Shown here piece after piece: positions 27,448-40,932 of a stretch of 64,000 nucleotides of DNA. The notes beneath the pieces are model-generated. The model was not told the DNA's origin, ran no database searches, and saw nothing but the letters and a program-made list of their open reading frames with translations. Positions within the stretch are counted from its first letter, which is position 1. Every line of letters begins with the position of its first letter. The stretch lies in NCBI RefSeq assembly GCF_009914755.1, contig NC_060929.1; one strand, written 5' to 3'. The translations under genes were made by a program, and so were the position numbers. This DNA is from the human T2T-CHM13v2.0 reference genome, Homo sapiens.

Positions 27448-30400
27448 ATCACTTCAGGAATTATCAGTGTCCCCTTATCTCAGAGCTCTGTAGAGAGCTG
27501 ACATCATGATCAAGAGTAGTGGGACTGGGAACCTGGAGGCCAGTTTATGCTGCAAGCTGCTCTGACTTTGGATTTGACTTAGTCATTCACACACACCGAG
27601 GGGACTGGGGGAGTTCTGGAGCCCTTAGCATAGATCTGTGAATGAGCTCTAAGGCCTCCATTAATGTTCTGAAATTGTATGCACATTGTTGTGTCAGGCA
27701 GTCTTATGTTTTCTTCAAAATGGAATTTCCTTGCCTTTTCTGAGGTCCTCCAATGTGTCTTTGACCCAAGAAGGCTAGTAACAAGTGCACCAAATCATCT
27801 ATAAAGTCCAGCAAAGGATTCTGATTTCTGTACGTATAGTTGACCTGTGTTGTGTTATTTTATGATACATTCAGGGCTTCTGGATAGCATGTTAAAAGTC
27901 TAGCCCTTAAGATTATTTTATTTTGAAATGTTTCTGGCTCATTGATTTCCAATTTGCCTCTTTCTACATAACGCACAGGTGGATCAGTTTTTACTTGGCT
28001 CATGTTTTATGCAATAGGAAATGTAAATGAAACTCAGAACCGGGGTAAACAAGCTAATATCAGCATAAGGGGAAGAGAGAAACACAGGTGAACAGGTTTA
28101 TGGCTTTATGTGCAGGGTTTGATATCAAAGGACTTGAAAGGGAACTGGTGAAAGGAGAGAAGTAGGGGAGAGGAGGAAACGCTGGAGGTTATGCTGTGGG
28201 ATTTGCAGCTTTATAGCAGGATTCACTTTCTGTCTGTCTGGAATGATACTGACCTGACATTTTAGTGTCTCCCAGAAAATAACAACTTCTTACTTATTAA
28301 AAATAATTCCATTTGAGAACCACTCTTATCAGATTACACATCCTCTACTGTGTTTTTAAAGGAACACATTCCCTCTGCCCTTCGTAGCACCTTTAGTGGA
28401 TATCCACATATTAGCACAGCCGGCTCTTCAGAAACGATGAGTAGAGTTAGTTCATTCCACGGACCATCTGGCCTCCTTTTACTTCTCCTACCTCTTTTTT
28501 TCATCTGCCCGATCTTTGTTTTTTTCATCTCTTTGGAGCCTCCCCACAAAAGGATGAGTGAGAGGAAGGAAAGTGAATTATAGTCTACTGATCCAGATTG
28601 TTGCTTTTCTATCATGTGCAAAAGGTGTGATCAAGAGCACTGATTTTAGCTATAAACATCTTCTCTTGGCCTATTACCACAGAAAATCAAGTTAAACTTT
28701 TTCATGTTATAGTATAGAATTAAAAATTCACCTTTATTTAGTGAAGGCTGAGTTTAAAATAACATGTCTAAGGAAAATGAAAAAAAAAAACCTCTTTATT
28801 CATGGTATTTTGTGTTTGTTTTTCCTCATTATTTTAAGCCTAATTTCTACTTCTGTAAATGGAATATGTGAAAAATACACCAAATAATAAAACAATTTTT
28901 ATTAGATTTTTCTACTCTAGTCTGGAGATGTTCCAGTCTCATATGTACTTGACCAGAGTCTATTTCTCTTGCCTATTCTTGAATCTACACTACTGACTGT
29001 TCCCCTCAGATAATAACAAAAAACCCCAGAAAAAGTCCTTCAGAAGTGAGTGCTAAATCTTTTGCCAAGAGTAGACTTTCTGCACATCTTTATTAAAAAA
29101 AGAGTAAACCATGGTGTAGCCTGAGTCTCCCAGTGAATGTTGAGTTTATGATTATTTTTTAAAGGTCAATGAAAAGAATGAAAAGCACTGAGCAGGGTTG
29201 GAAATGGCATCCTCAATTATATTGGCCAGGAGATGAATCCCAGGCAGGCAGAACTTGAAATCTACCATGAAAACAGCCTTGATCTTTCAAGCTTGAAATA
29301 CAATGGCGATGGGTAGGATTGGAAAACTGGAAGAAAAAACTACAACCCTAAATAATTCCTCATTACCCAGATATCATAGCTAGAGACCACTAAGGGTCAA
29401 CATAGTCACTGTCAGTCTTGTCCCTCTGTTTAAAAAGTTAGGACTAGTAGATGTCAGTTGAAAGCTCAATAACTATATGAATTTAGCCATTTTGAATTTG
29501 TCATTTTAGCTTTCTCATGATCAATTTGTCACTTTCCAAATAGCTGAAAATTAGCCAGTTAACTAATTTACTTTAAAATAGGATAGCATTTTAATATAAA
29601 AAGATATGCATAAATTTTAATATATATGTATGATATATGTATATGTGTGTATATATATGTGTATATATTTGTAGAGAGAGAGAATTTTTTTTCTAAGTAG
29701 GGTCATAGAGAACACATTACCTCGATGATAGCTTTCTAAGACAAAATCTTAACCAAGTAAAGCAAAAGCATTGTGAATAATTTCAAGTTCATAGTTTTCA
29801 ATAGATTTTAATTTTTTTAATACTATATTCAAGTAGAGACAGCTCAATTGAAGTCATTCATAATTAAGCTGTATCCTCTATTATAGTTTTTCTTGTCTCT
29901 AAAAAATTGCAATTTAGGGGAAACTGCAATACAAACAGAACTGAGGCTAGGGCTTTACATTTTACCTGGCTAATTTCATGAATCTTTACCAATTCAATGA
30001 TCTCTCTGACAGTAACAACTTCTAATTTTCTTACCATGCCCTTCCTCTCTTGGATCTAAAAGCTTCAATAAGAGATGAAGCCCATTATGTGAAATATATA
30101 CTAATATCCTCCAAAGGCATGGAGAGGCTGGGTAGGGTTTTTCCTACCAATTTGAATGTTCAAGTCCAAATATTAAAATGTAAAAGTTGTTACTATGCCA
30201 CAAGGAAGGAGTAGTGGCCAAGGTAAATTTCAACCAAGTTCATATCAAAAAGTATTTCCTAAAGTGGAAAGTTTCCCCAAAGGCAGAAGAAAAATCTATT
30301 AACAGAACACTTTGAAGGAGATGGGCCAAAATATAAAGGAAGTCTTTCTTACCCTTAGCAAATTGGCAATCCAGAAGATACTTTCAATACCCTAGCTTAT

Positions 30401-30909
30401 GTGTGTGACAAAAAAAGAAAAACAGAAGCTGATTAAATATTTATCTAGTTACTCTAAATGACCTTGTATGGTGCTTAAAATATAATTAATTTTAAAAAAT
30501 AAATAATTTCTCCTGTTTTTGCTACAGTATCACACCACAGACCTCCCTTCCTTCCACACATATTAATGCTCTGATACCATTTACTTGGGTCTAAGAAATC
30601 TTAGACAAAGAAACTGCTTTAGTTGTGCCTAGCAAAACTTCTTTTTGTTCTGGAAGTTTTACTATTCTGAGAATGAACTTGGCCATTAACTATCAAAGTC
30701 CCTCAAGATAAAGTGGCATTAGGTAAATGATGGCTTAAATAATTCTCAACATTCGGTGTCACAAGGCCATAATAAAACTCTTCCTAGTATATGTAACTAT
30801 GAATGTTAATCAGAGTCTGTCTAGATACCCAAATAATTTGGTGAAATTCTGAGGCTTGCTAAGACTTGAAACAGCAAGTTAGAATGTGTGGAAATACTTG
30901 ACCCTATAG

Positions 30910-31090
30910 GAATTTTGAATTTGAGGATTCTTTGCTGTGCAACACTAGAAGAGGTTTAGTAGCATCCCTGGCCTATATAGAATAGATGTCATGTACACCT
31001 CCTTCCCCAAGCTGAGACAACTAAAAATGTCTCCAGACATGGCCAAATGTCCCCTCAGGGACAAAATCACCCCCACTTGAAGAAAAACTG
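30910..31090 (+). mobile_element. MER20 (hAT-Charlie) fragment
   Basis: tttagtagcatccctggcct...gacaactaaaaatgtctccagacatggccaaatgtcccct...aaaatcaccccc. Confidence 0.85.
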
Positions 31091-31252
31091 CTTTAAATTA
31101 TGGCAGACGGGCTAAACAATTCATCTTAAATCCCATTTATTCTTTTCTGCTTCAAGATTTTTCCTAAACACTTTATTCTTTTCCTTTAATACCTGAAAAT
31201 ATGGCAAATCTCTGACAACTTTGTGTTTTTACTGTCTTTAGGTTTTATACTA

Positions 31253-31562
<310 letters not shown>

Positions 31563-32339
31563 CTAAAGGGAGGAAAAAAATAAAAATAAAAACAAACAAA
31601 CAAACAAAAAACAACCCTGCTTCAAAACTGGAGCTCCTTCATTCTTCCGTCTTATCGCCAAGCTGCTTTCTGGGCTGGAGGTCTCCCTAGTAGTGTGGAC
31701 CCAACCTACAGCTAGGATTTTTGAGTTCTGCGGTTCCTCTGCTGGAAGGGCTTCAGTGGTTGCTTCGAGGGTATGTTCCAGCATTTCTGAAACTAAGCGT
31801 AGCGGGAATAGGAAGGAGCTAGGAAGAGATTTAGAGACCCCACCCCCAAACTTGGGGCCACCTGAACTCCAACAAAACAATAGGACTTATTGTTTACTAA
31901 CTATACAGGAAACGTTTCGATAGTGTTCTGCACACAAACTCTGGCAGGGCCCTGGTTCTAAACATTCCTTAAGCTAAACAAGTCAATTCTCATAAAAATG
32001 ATCTCATGAACGAATTTTACAGCTTTTTTTCTGAAAAGATTTTTTAATCCCCCAGCTTATTAGAAGGCTGCTCTGTCTATTGTTTCCATTGTCTTTGAAT
32101 AGATAATGGACAAAGGAAAGTAAACTAGGTCTCTTTCCTCTTGCTGATCTTGCCATTTCTCCCCTGCATTTACATCAAAAGCTTCTAGGTACCAAGACGA
32201 AATCATTATTTGCGTTATTAAAAATGAGTAAAGTGCACATAGTCTTCTCCATCAAGTTTTGATTCCTGCTTTGACTCTGAATACCACATTTAATGTTAAC
32301 ATAGAACACAGATTGCAACAAAGCAATGCGAAGCGATAA

Positions 32340-32578
32340 TAGACTAATAATGATAATGCCATAGATATCAATAATTGTAGATTTACTCTGTGCCAAAGAT
32401 TATGCTAGTTATTATTTTTTATTTTTTTTTACATTTAATCACATACAGTCCTCATTGCAGCCCTATGAAGTAGGTCTCATCACTCTATTTTGAGAGAAGG
32501 AAACTGAGGCTTAGAGAGATTAAGATCACATATTTTAAGTAGAATTCAAGCTCATTTGTGACTAACGTCAAAGCCTGT
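32340..32578 (-). mobile_element. MIR SINE
   Basis: gcagccctatgaagtaggtctcatcactctattttgagagaaggaaactgaggcttagagag...aagatcaca. Confidence 0.8.
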
Positions 32579-32581
32579 ATT

Positions 32582-32626
32582 GATAGATATATGATACATA
32601 GATAGGCAGGTACATAGATGATAGAT

Positions 32627-32677
<51 letters not shown>

Positions 32678-32684
32678 GATATGT

Positions 32685-32733
<49 letters not shown>

Positions 32734-32748
32734 CAGACAGATAGATAG
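32582..32748. repeat. Long compound (GATA)n/(GACA)n STR
   Basis: Two long GATA blocks separated by gatgatatgtata, plus GACA units. Confidence 0.97.
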
Positions 32749-32887
32749 AAGTTGGGTAATCATGATACTACATGATGCTAGGACCCCTCCCCCTGCCAGG
32801 AATTCCCTAAACAGAACACCATGATGTGAAAGTTGGCTCCCAAAGGCCAACTTGGCTACAAAGAGAGACTCTCTTTCTCTACTCAAG

Positions 32888-33077
32888 GAGGTGTTTCTCA
32901 TAGTCTGATCCAATGAATACCTGCTTAGTAACTGTCACTGTTGAAGAAGTAGATTCATGAGTCTTATCCCAGGCCTAATGAATCAGAATATCTGGAATGT
33001 GTGGGAAGCTGACTCAAGCATATGCATCTTTTAAAAACTCAGATTGTTCTTCTGCCCCGAAATCTTGAGAACCACTG
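32888..33077. mobile_element. MER5A-like MITE
   Basis: gtgtttctca...cccaggcctaatgaatcagaatatctgg...atgcatcttttaaaa...ttgagaaccactg. Confidence 0.7.
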
Positions 33078-33083
33078 ACTTAT

Positions 33084-33622
33084 GTGGTCAGAAGTGATCG
33101 ACTCCCTGGGCTGGGAAGCTCCAATTTTCTCCTCCAGATTTCCTGTGTCGCCCTCTCCTCCCTGTCCTCTGCCCCATTAGGGAGGATGCATGGATTCCTT
33201 CAGCAAGCTCTTTGTCCTTCGGTTTCCAGGTGAGTTTAGGCAATGAGAGGGGTGGGGAGAGGCATTAATGAGAGATCAAAGAAGGGAGAGAAGTGAGGAC
33301 ACGGTCTGTATATCTCAGGCTGTTTCCTATGCAGTCATTGCAGATTGGCTGCCTCACGCTCCCAAAGGTCACAACACCTGACAAAGCGGCCCTCTCGGTA
33401 TCAGAAAATCTCCATATTCCAGGATCCATACCCTCTTTAAGTGCCATTTAGGTTCTGGGTGAAAAATGCTCCTTTCTGTTACTAGTTTTGGAGTACTGCG
33501 GTATTCTCTATTGTTTTTTTATGTCTGCCCACATCTCTGTGAATAGTCTCCTTGTTAAATTCTCTACACACTTCCCCATTTGAAGGTGTCATCTGTTTTC
33601 TGGCAGAACTCTGATTGATACC
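33084..33622 (+). mobile_element. LTR33-like ERVL solo LTR
   Basis: The 3' end tgtgaatagtctccttgttaaattctct...tttgaaggtgtcatctgttttctggcagaactctgattgatac resembles the recalled LTR33 terminus. Confidence 0.65.
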
Positions 33623-36299
33623 CTTATAAATGTGACTCAAGCATCTATAATTTGTCTACTTCTTTTGGGTTATTCTTGCTACATTGCACCTATTAGGGAC
33701 TTGATGCCTGTAAGTTGCTTAATCTGTTCTATTTTTCCAGCTGTGGTGATAATCAAATGAGATGAATATATAACATGCTTTTCATGTGCTTATTGTTGAC
33801 TGTCAGTTAATGTTAGTTCCTGGCCCTCTATTTACAGCACACTCTTCATCTCATCATTCATCATTTAATGTAATTTGATTGGTCTTTAAGGAGTTGCTTA
33901 CCCTCTCCAGGCCCTCTTTGTTTCTGCCCCTCCTCTCCTCCAGTTGTCCACTAGCTCTTCCCATCAGAGGACCCTTTTGTTCACTGGGTCTTTCCTAGTT
34001 GGTTCAATCTTATTGGTATTTACTGTGTTCACTCTAAGAGCTAGTCTATCAGCTCACATGCTCTCCAAGAAAGCCATGTCCTTTCTCTCTGTCTGTGCAC
34101 CAGACTTTCCCAGGAACTCCAGACTTACCCTTTTCTTCTACGCTGCTCTGATTTGAAGGCATCTCCAGACTTAGAATAAAGAACTTTCCTGAACTAACCT
34201 TCAATTCATGGGAGAGTCTATACTCCTTCAGCACCTAGAGATTGCCTCTACAATTTGAAAACTTTTTTTTATCCCCCAGTTACACTTATAAACACAATAA
34301 TCTCTCACCATCTGGAGCTTCAAAACTCTTATTCTGGAATATCACTCTGCAGCTAGCTGTCTTCAAGTTGTCGCCACTGTCCAAATATTTATGTGCAGGT
34401 GATGGGCCCTCCTCAGCCTGGCTGCAGTATAAAATGAGTTCTGTAACCTAAGAACAAAGTTATCCAGGGAGATTAAGTGAATCTGTTCACTTGAGCACCA
34501 AACAGGTGCTAGGCATTCTGTTCAGCTCTAAGTTTCTTTCTGTCCATACCACATGCAAGAATACAGGCAAGGAGTAAGTCAGGGTCTCTTCACTCAATCA
34601 ACTTTCATAACTCTTTAAGAATTAACCTGTGAATTTTTGAAGAAGGCAATTAAACTTGTGGAGAATGACAGCCCAGACCCTGTAATTGAATCCCTCTAAT
34701 GTTATTCTGTATGTTATAGTAAACGAAATATAGAAGATTTACAGTAGGTTATGATTCTAATAAGGCACTGTTTATGTCTGCTAATCCATCGTGATCCAGC
34801 CTGAATTCCACATTTTAGCTGGAATATGTTATGTACACTAAGGTACCTGCTTCCTGCCTCAGGATTCTGATTCCTAGGTCTCATAACTTGATTACGATTT
34901 CCTTGTTTAAAAGTAGTTTTAAAGTACCTACATGTTGATCAGTTGGTAGTGCCACAGTCTTCCTACAGGGTTTTCTGTAAATGTTGACTCCTGTTGCTGG
35001 ACTTCTCTGCTGCGTGCTCTGGGGCTTTCATTCTGTGATCTATGGCAGTTATGTTTTCTTTGGGAACACAGTGTTATTCCACAGTTCCTGTTTCATTTGC
35101 TCTTTGTTCTGTGCCTAGTGTCTGGAAAGAAGGTTTAAAATCTTTTGTGGGGAAGACATGCTTATGCTTAGGGTATAAACTGAGGCTTCATTTGTGCAGA
35201 TCTCGAGTATACTAGGCACCAATAGCATAAGATGCAACTGTTTGATTCCTTTGATTCCTTCAACCCACATACACTGAGGGTTACCCACACATGCTATTTA
35301 TGCGCAGAAAATAATGCTGTTATCTAAAATGTCTAAGATTGCACTTGTCTTGAAAATTATTAGAGCTCTTGGTTTTATACATGAATTTTCATAGTAAGGA
35401 ACTCAATTTTGAAAGCTAAAAAGATTTCTCTAATGTGGTTATTCCGAAATAACCCACTTTTCACATTTTTTCTTTGGAATGGATTAGGTAGAGCTTTGGA
35501 AGGGTAGAGTGGGATGGATATTTATCTTTTTCTTGTCCTTATTTATCTTTTTACTTGTCCTTATTTAGCCTTTTTTTTCCGAAATATATCCCACAGGTGT
35601 GGATGAAGGGGCTGGATGGGTGCAACCCAAAATTTGTCTGAGAGAATGAGGGAAATAAACCTAGGATTTAAAAAATATTAAACAGTCCCCAAGCTAAATA
35701 ATCCATGTGTGGGAAACTCACACACTACTGAAAATCTTAATCAGGATCAGAGGGTAAAAGAAATAATGCACTCAGTTAAGATAAATTCATTTTGATCCTA
35801 GGAACCTAAGCCTGCAGAGGTTCAAGCAAACACAACTCTAGCCAAACTTTTGATATCAGCATAAACTCTTGACCGTGTAGACAATAAAAAACTGCAGTAA
35901 AAACCAGTAGTTTATAAAGTAAGTTTCTTAAATTTATTTCCCAGTTGCTATTCCAAGCTACAGATTTTTAAAAATGCTTTTAGGAAGGTAGAGTACCTCT
36001 TCACTCTCAGAGAAAAGCAAAGGAGGAAGATGGATTGCTTTTTTTGAAACATAATACTGAAACTTCCTGGAAGCCATCTATTTCCAGATTTCTAAAAGAT
36101 GTTATCTTTCACCTTCAGTGGAGAACTAAACATTATCACCAAGGCTACTGCATCTTCAAATATTTGAAGACAATCGGTGTCTGTCTGTTCTGATTGCATC
36201 TGACGCCAAGCTCAGGTTAAATTACAACCATTAAGAGCTGAATAATGTGCCTCAAACAAAATATATTATCTGTACTCCCCAGTGGAAAGCTACTGAGTT

Positions 36300-36475
36300 G
36301 TCTTCCCAGATCACAACAATGTCCCTTCCTCTGAGGCCCCCATTGCTGTGCTGCAGAAGTAGAATTCTGATAAGCCTTTCTCCCACCATATGACCCTGCT
36401 TCCTGGCCACAACTAATTGTTACATGGGTGGACACTGGATCCAAACTGGGCCAATCAGAGAATCAAAGTCTCTTC
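36300..36475 (+). mobile_element. Old ERVL/MaLR LTR fragment (LTR16/MLT1K-L-like)
   Basis: cctggccacaactaattg...ccaaactgggccaatcagag motif. Confidence 0.45.
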
Positions 36476-36659
36476 TAAAGTATTGGAATTCACACTGGGA
36501 AATATTTCCCTGTATGTATCTGTAATACACCAATTTGGTGATCATGCTTTCTGCCACCAGTACTGGAGAATCAATATGTGTATACAATTGTGGTAATATC
36601 CTAAATGATCTTCCAGAAACTATGGTCTCATCCATCATACTGCTCACCTACTACTTAAA

Positions 36660-37310
36660 TGTGGTAACTTTTATAAAAACAAATATGATCATATCACCCC
36701 ATTGCTGAAAATCTCAAACAGCTATCATATATGAAATCAAATCCAAACCCACAATATGGCTTACTCACGTCTTCATAGCTTAATTTCCACAAATCTTTTA
36801 AGCCCCGTATCCCACCAGTCCTGTTGTTTCTCCCATCAGATCTTCTAAATGACCCACAGACACAAATGTACAGTCTAGTCATGTTGAACATCTACTCTTT
36901 AAACACATTGAATGCATCCTAACTGCTTGACTTTGCATACCTGCTCTTTCCTCCTCTGAAAGATTCAGTTGTGACTAACCTGAAAAAGAAGGAAGAGCAG
37001 GTTTTGGCAAATTGTTGTTCATCCTTCAAGTCCTAGCTCAAATACCATCTCTCCCAGAAGCCCTCCATGTCTCTTGTGTGCTTTCTTACAGTGCTTCACC
37101 TCTTTTAGGAAACCCTCTGCCAAGTCCTAGAGGAAAAGCTAGCAGCTCCTCTTTCTTTCTCTCACTGTGCTTTGTTTATGTCTGTCCTTCATAGCATTAT
37201 TAGCATTTACTGTAATTTTTAAAGTCATGTCTGTCTTCCCTTCGAGACTAAGAGTTACTGGAAAACAATGAACACATCTTACATCCCAATGCCAGTGTAG
37301 AGACTGGTCT
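36660..37310 (+). mobile_element. L2 remnant
   Basis: aaatatgatcatatcaccccattgctgaaaa, ctttgcatacctgct, catccttcaagtcctagctcaaat, catgtctgtcttccc. Confidence 0.65.
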
Positions 37311-38903
37311 TTTCACTGTTAAGTAGCTTGACAGTATAGAAGTCGGGATGCTGTTCTCACCAGCAAGTTTTTGCCTTATATGTCTATCACCTAGTTCTTC
37401 CAACTGGCTAATTTATTTAAAAATCATAATAATAGGAATTAAAGAGTTACTTACTATTAGAGAAGTAATTTTTCAGCAGGCTTCTACACAGCCCTCAATA
37501 AAATAAATGCTCAAATTGAAATTACTCTTTCTCATATATTTTCAATTTTTAAAAAGTGTATGAGAAGAGGACCAGCTATTGACTTTAGCAGTACAGTACT
37601 TTTAAAAATAAGCAACAGCAAAGCAGAAGGTATGGGAGAAAAAACTGACTTGACTTTAGACTTCAAAAAGGTCAACCTTAAATATGGGTAGTCGCACAAC
37701 CAGATAGTCCTCTTGTGGTTTGTTTCGTTCAGTTAAGAAATTCTTTCTGGGAAAATGGGATTAAAATAAAATAAAGTCCACTCTGAAGAGTTTAAAAATA
37801 ACCTAATATGCTGAGGAAGTGTTTACTTTTATTCCATCTCAGTTCATCTTATCTTTATTTGGAATTTGTGCAGCATCTTTGAAATAAACCACTGAAGATG
37901 ACCTCATGAAAAAAATGTAAAGTTTTCTTTTCTTTTTCTTTCCTTTTTTTTTCAAATATGAATAAAACCCTAACAAGTGTATCTATGTACTTCCTGTTCA
38001 CACTGCTTATGTTTATCAGTGCAATTAGTATTGTCTTAGTATGCTTTACTTAGTGGTTCACTTAATTAAGACTCACTTGGGATTTTTCTTCCAATATATT
38101 AGGCTTGGGGTCATTAGGGCCACTGCTGTGCCACTTCAGTGATTTCAAGCTAAAATATGCATACCTTAACAGGTAGTTTTTCCATGGATTACTATGTGAG
38201 AACTTGCTATCAGCCTTGCACTCTTTGAAAGTAAAATATAAATGGACCAAATAATCTACTCTTCTAAGGTGTGAAACTCAAGATAAAATATAGGTCATAT
38301 ATATTTTATTATTTAAAAAATATTTTGTCTACCTCTTAAATAGGTATTACTATAAAAGAAAAAAATCTATTTAAAGCTTTAAGTAAAACAAAGCACATCA
38401 AGGATATATCCACTTAAATATGATTGAAAAGCATAAAAGGAATTTCTGCCTTAAAAGAAATATATATCATCTCTTTCTTGCATCACTGACCATCATAATG
38501 ACCTCTGTAATAGCCCTTAAGTTTGGTGTCTGAGCTTCCAAGATTGATGCTACCAGTTAATTAACCTCGCATGCTTCTGGGAATCCAGTCAAGTCGACCT
38601 TCATGTTATATACATAAGCACATCTTCCCAGAGATGTCCCAGATCACAACTGATCTAGAAAACTGCTTTAAATACCTACACACACAACACAGAAATTCCT
38701 TGACAGTGATGAGCCTCTAATACCCAGTAAATTGGTTATTAATAGTGAATATAAATAACAACTCCCCTCTTGACAGCATTCTAAGCTGTTTGTCAGTCCT
38801 TGGGAATATTAAAGTGTTCGTCTGCATGTTCTCTGTATTCTGTAATTAAAACGTAATGCTATTGTACCCAAATCTTAGACTTTTGGAAAACTATGAATTA
38901 TGC

Positions 38904-39446
38904 TGTATTAGTTATCTATTGCTGTGTAATAAATTACTCAAAAACTTAATGCTTAAAACAATAAGCATTTTTTATCTCAGTTTCTGTCGATCAGGAATTA
39001 GAGAGCAGCTTAGGTGGGTAATTCTAGCCGACGACTGGTGAGTTTGTTGTCAGGATGTCTGTGAGAACTTCAGTTATCTGGAGGCTGGCCTTGGGCTGCA
39101 GAATCAACTTCAAAGATGGCTCACTGACATGGCTGTTCGTTGGAGGACTCAGATCCTAGCCCCATGAATCTCTCCATAGGGTATAGGGCACAGGGTAGCT
39201 GAGCCCTTTGATAGCAACCTTCTCCCAAAATAAGAATTTCAAAAGGGAGAGCAAGGAGAAAACCACGATGCTTTTTATGCTTTTTATGACTTAGTCTGGA
39301 AAGCAATGTACTATCACTTTCACGATATTTTATTTGTGGGAAGCAAGTCATTAAGTATAAGCCATAATCAAAAGGAGGTGAATTAGGCTCCACATTTTGA
39401 AGGAAGGAGTATCAAATAGTTTGGGACATATTTTAAAGGCACCACA
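38904..39446 (-). mobile_element. MLT1F-like MaLR solo LTR
   Basis: tgtattagttatctattgctgtgtaataaattac...aagatggctcactgacatggctgtt...gacatattttaaaggcaccaca. Confidence 0.85.
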
Positions 39447-39524
39447 CTTGCAAATTTGTCTTCTACAAATAAATATTAGATGTATATGATGCCCATCAAC
39501 AGATGTATTAATAGAAACGGAAAA

Positions 39525-39576
39525 TTAAATGGATAAATTGTATGGTGTGTGAATTATTTCTCAATAAGACTGTTAA
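39525..39576 (+). mobile_element. Old L1M 3'-end fragment
   Basis: tggataaattgtatggtgtgtgaattatttctcaataagactgtt. Confidence 0.55.
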
Positions 39577-39702
39577 TATTTTTAATAGAAAGAAATGGAG
39601 AGTGCACTTTATTAAGAGAGACAATTAAGATCTTTGGAGCCTGTTACGTACCCAGTATTTTACCTAGCATAGTTTATTTAAACTTCAAAACAAACATAAA
39701 AT

Positions 39703-39874
39703 AGTGGTGTGCTGGAGCTGGTTCACACTGGCTTGTGAGAGACAACTGTTAGCATCTCTATAAAGTTCCATGCTTAATAACATCATATTGGAGGTTTAAA
39801 GTCAACCATGGTGGGAGTATCATATACTAAGGGGGATCACTGATTTGTAGAATTTACCAATTTCCGTTGTATAA
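39703..39874 (+). mobile_element. MER63A-like (hAT-Blackjack) element nested in a MIR; 3' part inverted
   Basis: gtggtgtgctggagctggttcacactggcttgtgagag...ccatggtgggagtat. The expected continuation appears as reverse complement at 39841-39874. MIR motifs flank both sides (~39640-40030). Confidence 0.75.
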
Positions 39875-40820
39875 TTGGCCCTAATTTACAGAGAAGGAAA
39901 ATTGGAGAATGAGAGGTTTTTAAATTTGTTCTAAAAATTGTCTTGATATTTTTTCTTCCTCCAAGCGGTAGTAAATGGAAAGACCAGAGTTTGAACCCAG
40001 TGTTGAATGCATGTAGAGCTAGCTTTGTTTATAATATGCATGCTGCCTCTCTAAGAGGATTAATTACTACACATTGCAAATCATCTTCCTTGGCTCCATC
40101 ATGATATTGCTGTGTTTATGATAACAATGAGGACTAACTACAGCTAATTGGCTGACCATTTAAGGTTGGGAAATAATTCTATTTAAGTCCAGAGACTGGA
40201 AAAAAGACTAGTAAATATCAAAAATTAGAAGAGCTAACTTCAGTTTAATATTAAGTAGAAAAATGAAGAGAGAGAAGGTAACATAGGGGAGAACTACAGT
40301 CTGTTAAATAGGAAATTGTTAGAAATTAGATATATGAAACATCTCTGCATTATCCAGCAGTGTGAGAATATTTTTTGCAGCACAGAAAACACTGAATCTC
40401 CTTTTTCTAGTTTGACATTTATCTCTCAAATATGATATTCACTACCTCTAACCTCAGATAAACACTCTTGAAAAATCATTTTTTATTTATACAATTTGGC
40501 CCTATTTTGCATATTTAAAACATCTATATTCCACACATACATACAGAGTTATGCAGACTTATTCCCATGCAGGTATCCATACAAACCCTAATGCACACAT
40601 CCCCCAAAATGGAAGCTAGCAACATGTAGAAGATGAAGAGAGAAGATGAAATTGGCTTCTCTGGAACAATAGTTTTTCAGCAATAACCCTAATAGCTCAA
40701 AAATGATCACATTTAGAGATACTAAATTAAAACACCGTGCCAGAGACTATGGACCTGTGCATTAAGGCACACACATATGAAATCTCACCACCATGCTAGA
40801 GATGAAAACATGACAGTTAG

Positions 40821-40932
40821 GTTACCATGGAGACAGAAGCAGAGACACTAGCTACTAACTCTGAATACCAATTAACATCTAGCACTTCTTTATGTTACTA
40901 AAATTGGTTGCCAGGGCAACTCAAAGGATTGG
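40821..40932. promoter_or_regulatory. Paired RFX X-box motifs with adjacent inverted CCAAT boxes
   Basis: GTTACCATGGAGAC 40821-40834; GTTGCCAGGGCAAC 40907-40920; ATTGG at 40903 and 40928. Confidence 0.45.

Noticed and set aside
35520-35567. 21-22-bp tandem duplication
   Set aside because: Ordinary slippage duplication with only two copies and no spacers; not CRISPR-like.
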